Assembly: GCA_021845505.1 (NCBI GenBank)
Contig: JAJZVU010000003.1
Coordinates: 90,813 to 114,812 of the forward strand
Direction: 5' to 3'
DNA: 24,000 nt
Source: Pseudomonadota bacterium
GTDB taxonomy: Bacteria; Pseudomonadota; Gammaproteobacteria; Burkholderiales; Burkholderiaceae_C
Shown one piece after another: positions 23,389-24,000 of the stretch. Numbering within the stretch: the stretch's first letter is position 1; every line of letters begins with the position of its first letter. The position numbers were made by a program, and so were the translations under genes. The notes beneath the pieces are model-generated. The model saw nothing but the letters and a program-made list of their open reading frames with translations, was not told the origin of the DNA and made no database searches.

Positions 23389-24000
23389 TCAGTGATGCCC
23401 GGCGGCGTCCGCGCGCGTCAGCGAGCAGACGATCGCGGTGCCTGCGGAATCGCCGGCTCCGATGCTCAGCGTGGCGCCGATCGCAGCGGCGCGAAAGCGC
23501 ATGGTCGACAAGCCGAGGCCTTGCTGGACGTCGGCGCCGATGCCGCATCCGTCGTCGCGCACGCACAGGGTCAGGACCTGGTCTTCGGCGCGCAGCAGCA
23601 GATCCACCGTCCGCGCCCCCGAATGCCGGATCGCGTTGCTCAGCGCCTCCTGGGCAATGCGGTAGAGCTGCAGCGCCACGTCGGGGTCCAGGTCGCCGGG
23701 CTGTCCCTGCGGCGCGTAGCGGCAGCCCAGGCTCGCGCACAGCGCAGCCAGGGCCTCCGACAGGCTGCCCGGCGCCAGCCGCAGCGGCGCGATGCCACGG
23801 ACCAGCCCACGCACCTCGTTCAGCGCTTCCCCCGCAGACCGTTCCAGTTCGGCGGCCATGCGTGCTGCGTGCGCGCTGTTGCCGTGCCCCAGGCCGCGCT
23901 GCACGGCACGGGCGAGCAGCCCGATGGCGACCAGGCGCTGCCCGGTGCCGTCGTGCAGTTCGCGCCCCAGGCGCTCCTGTTCGACGCGCGTGGCCTCGAG
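23389..24000 (-). CDS. sensor histidine kinase, HisKA_3/NarX-type (3' part; continues beyond window end)
   Basis: The frame is open to position 24000. Phospho-His box …RELHDGTGQRLVAIGLLA… is read from 23940-23990. HATPase_c motifs LYRIAQEALSNAIRHSGA, VRDDGCGIG, GLGLSTMRFRAAAIGATL. The ORF-track GTG at 23904 is internal. Confidence 0.8.
   Translation of the reverse strand, partial: LEATRVEQERLGRELHDGTGQRLVAIGLLARAVQRGLGHGNSAHAARMAAELERSAGEALNEVRGLVRGIAPLRLAPGSLSEALAALCASLGCRYAPQGQPGDLDPDVALQLYRIAQEALSNAIRHSGARTVDLLLRAEDQVLTLCVRDDGCGIGADVQQGLGLSTMRFRAAAIGATLSIGAGDSAGTAIVCSLTRADAAGHH

Noticed and set aside
1-24000. Search by eye for tRNA, rRNA, CRISPR arrays, IS elements, integrases and phage or defence genes
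   Set aside because: I found no regularly spaced direct repeats, no cloverleaf-like or rRNA-like segments, and no transposase, integrase, nuclease or helicase-type ORFs. Absence is based on manual reading only and should be confirmed with tRNAscan, Rfam and ISfinder-type searches.

Overview
High-GC (about 70-77% in hand-counted 60-nt samples) proteobacterial chromosomal window; the Burkholderiales-like origin is inferred from composition only. I call 24 protein-coding genes and one gene remnant. I found no rRNA, tRNA, CRISPR array or IS/transposase. Many very long ORFs in the track are Arg/Ala/Gly/Pro-rich shadow frames typical of GC-rich DNA and are rejected. Layout: (1) 54-6824, housekeeping or accessory metabolism: MFS exporter, gamma-glutamyltransferase, PLP threonine/serine dehydratase-like enzyme, trans-sulfuration PLP enzyme, nitroreductase, orphan lipoprotein. 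(2) 6868-12774, the most interesting block: a sigma-54 enhancer-binding protein with a degenerate receiver domain, transcribed divergently from a -24/-12 promoter. That promoter heads a tightly packed five-gene operon in the order and architecture of the Pseudomonas Fap functional-amyloid system (fapB-like, fapC-like, C39 peptidase fapD-like, fapE-like, coiled-coil plus beta-barrel fapF-like). It has no fapA, and the major subunit carries His- and Met-rich inserts. (3) 12781-13077, the 3' remnant of an isochorismatase-family gene abutting the fapF stop. (4) 13087-19081, a block about 10-15 GC points lower, likely horizontally acquired: polar-amino-acid ABC transporter (ATPase, two permeases, binding protein), a class-III aminotransferase and a divergent LysR regulator across a 442-bp spacer. 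(5) 19112-24000: SDR, DUF1566-type lipoprotein, DJ-1/PfpI with divergent GlxA/AraC regulator, retropepsin-like membrane protease, and a partial NarX-type histidine kinase. All family assignments come from motifs read in the translations; no database search was run.
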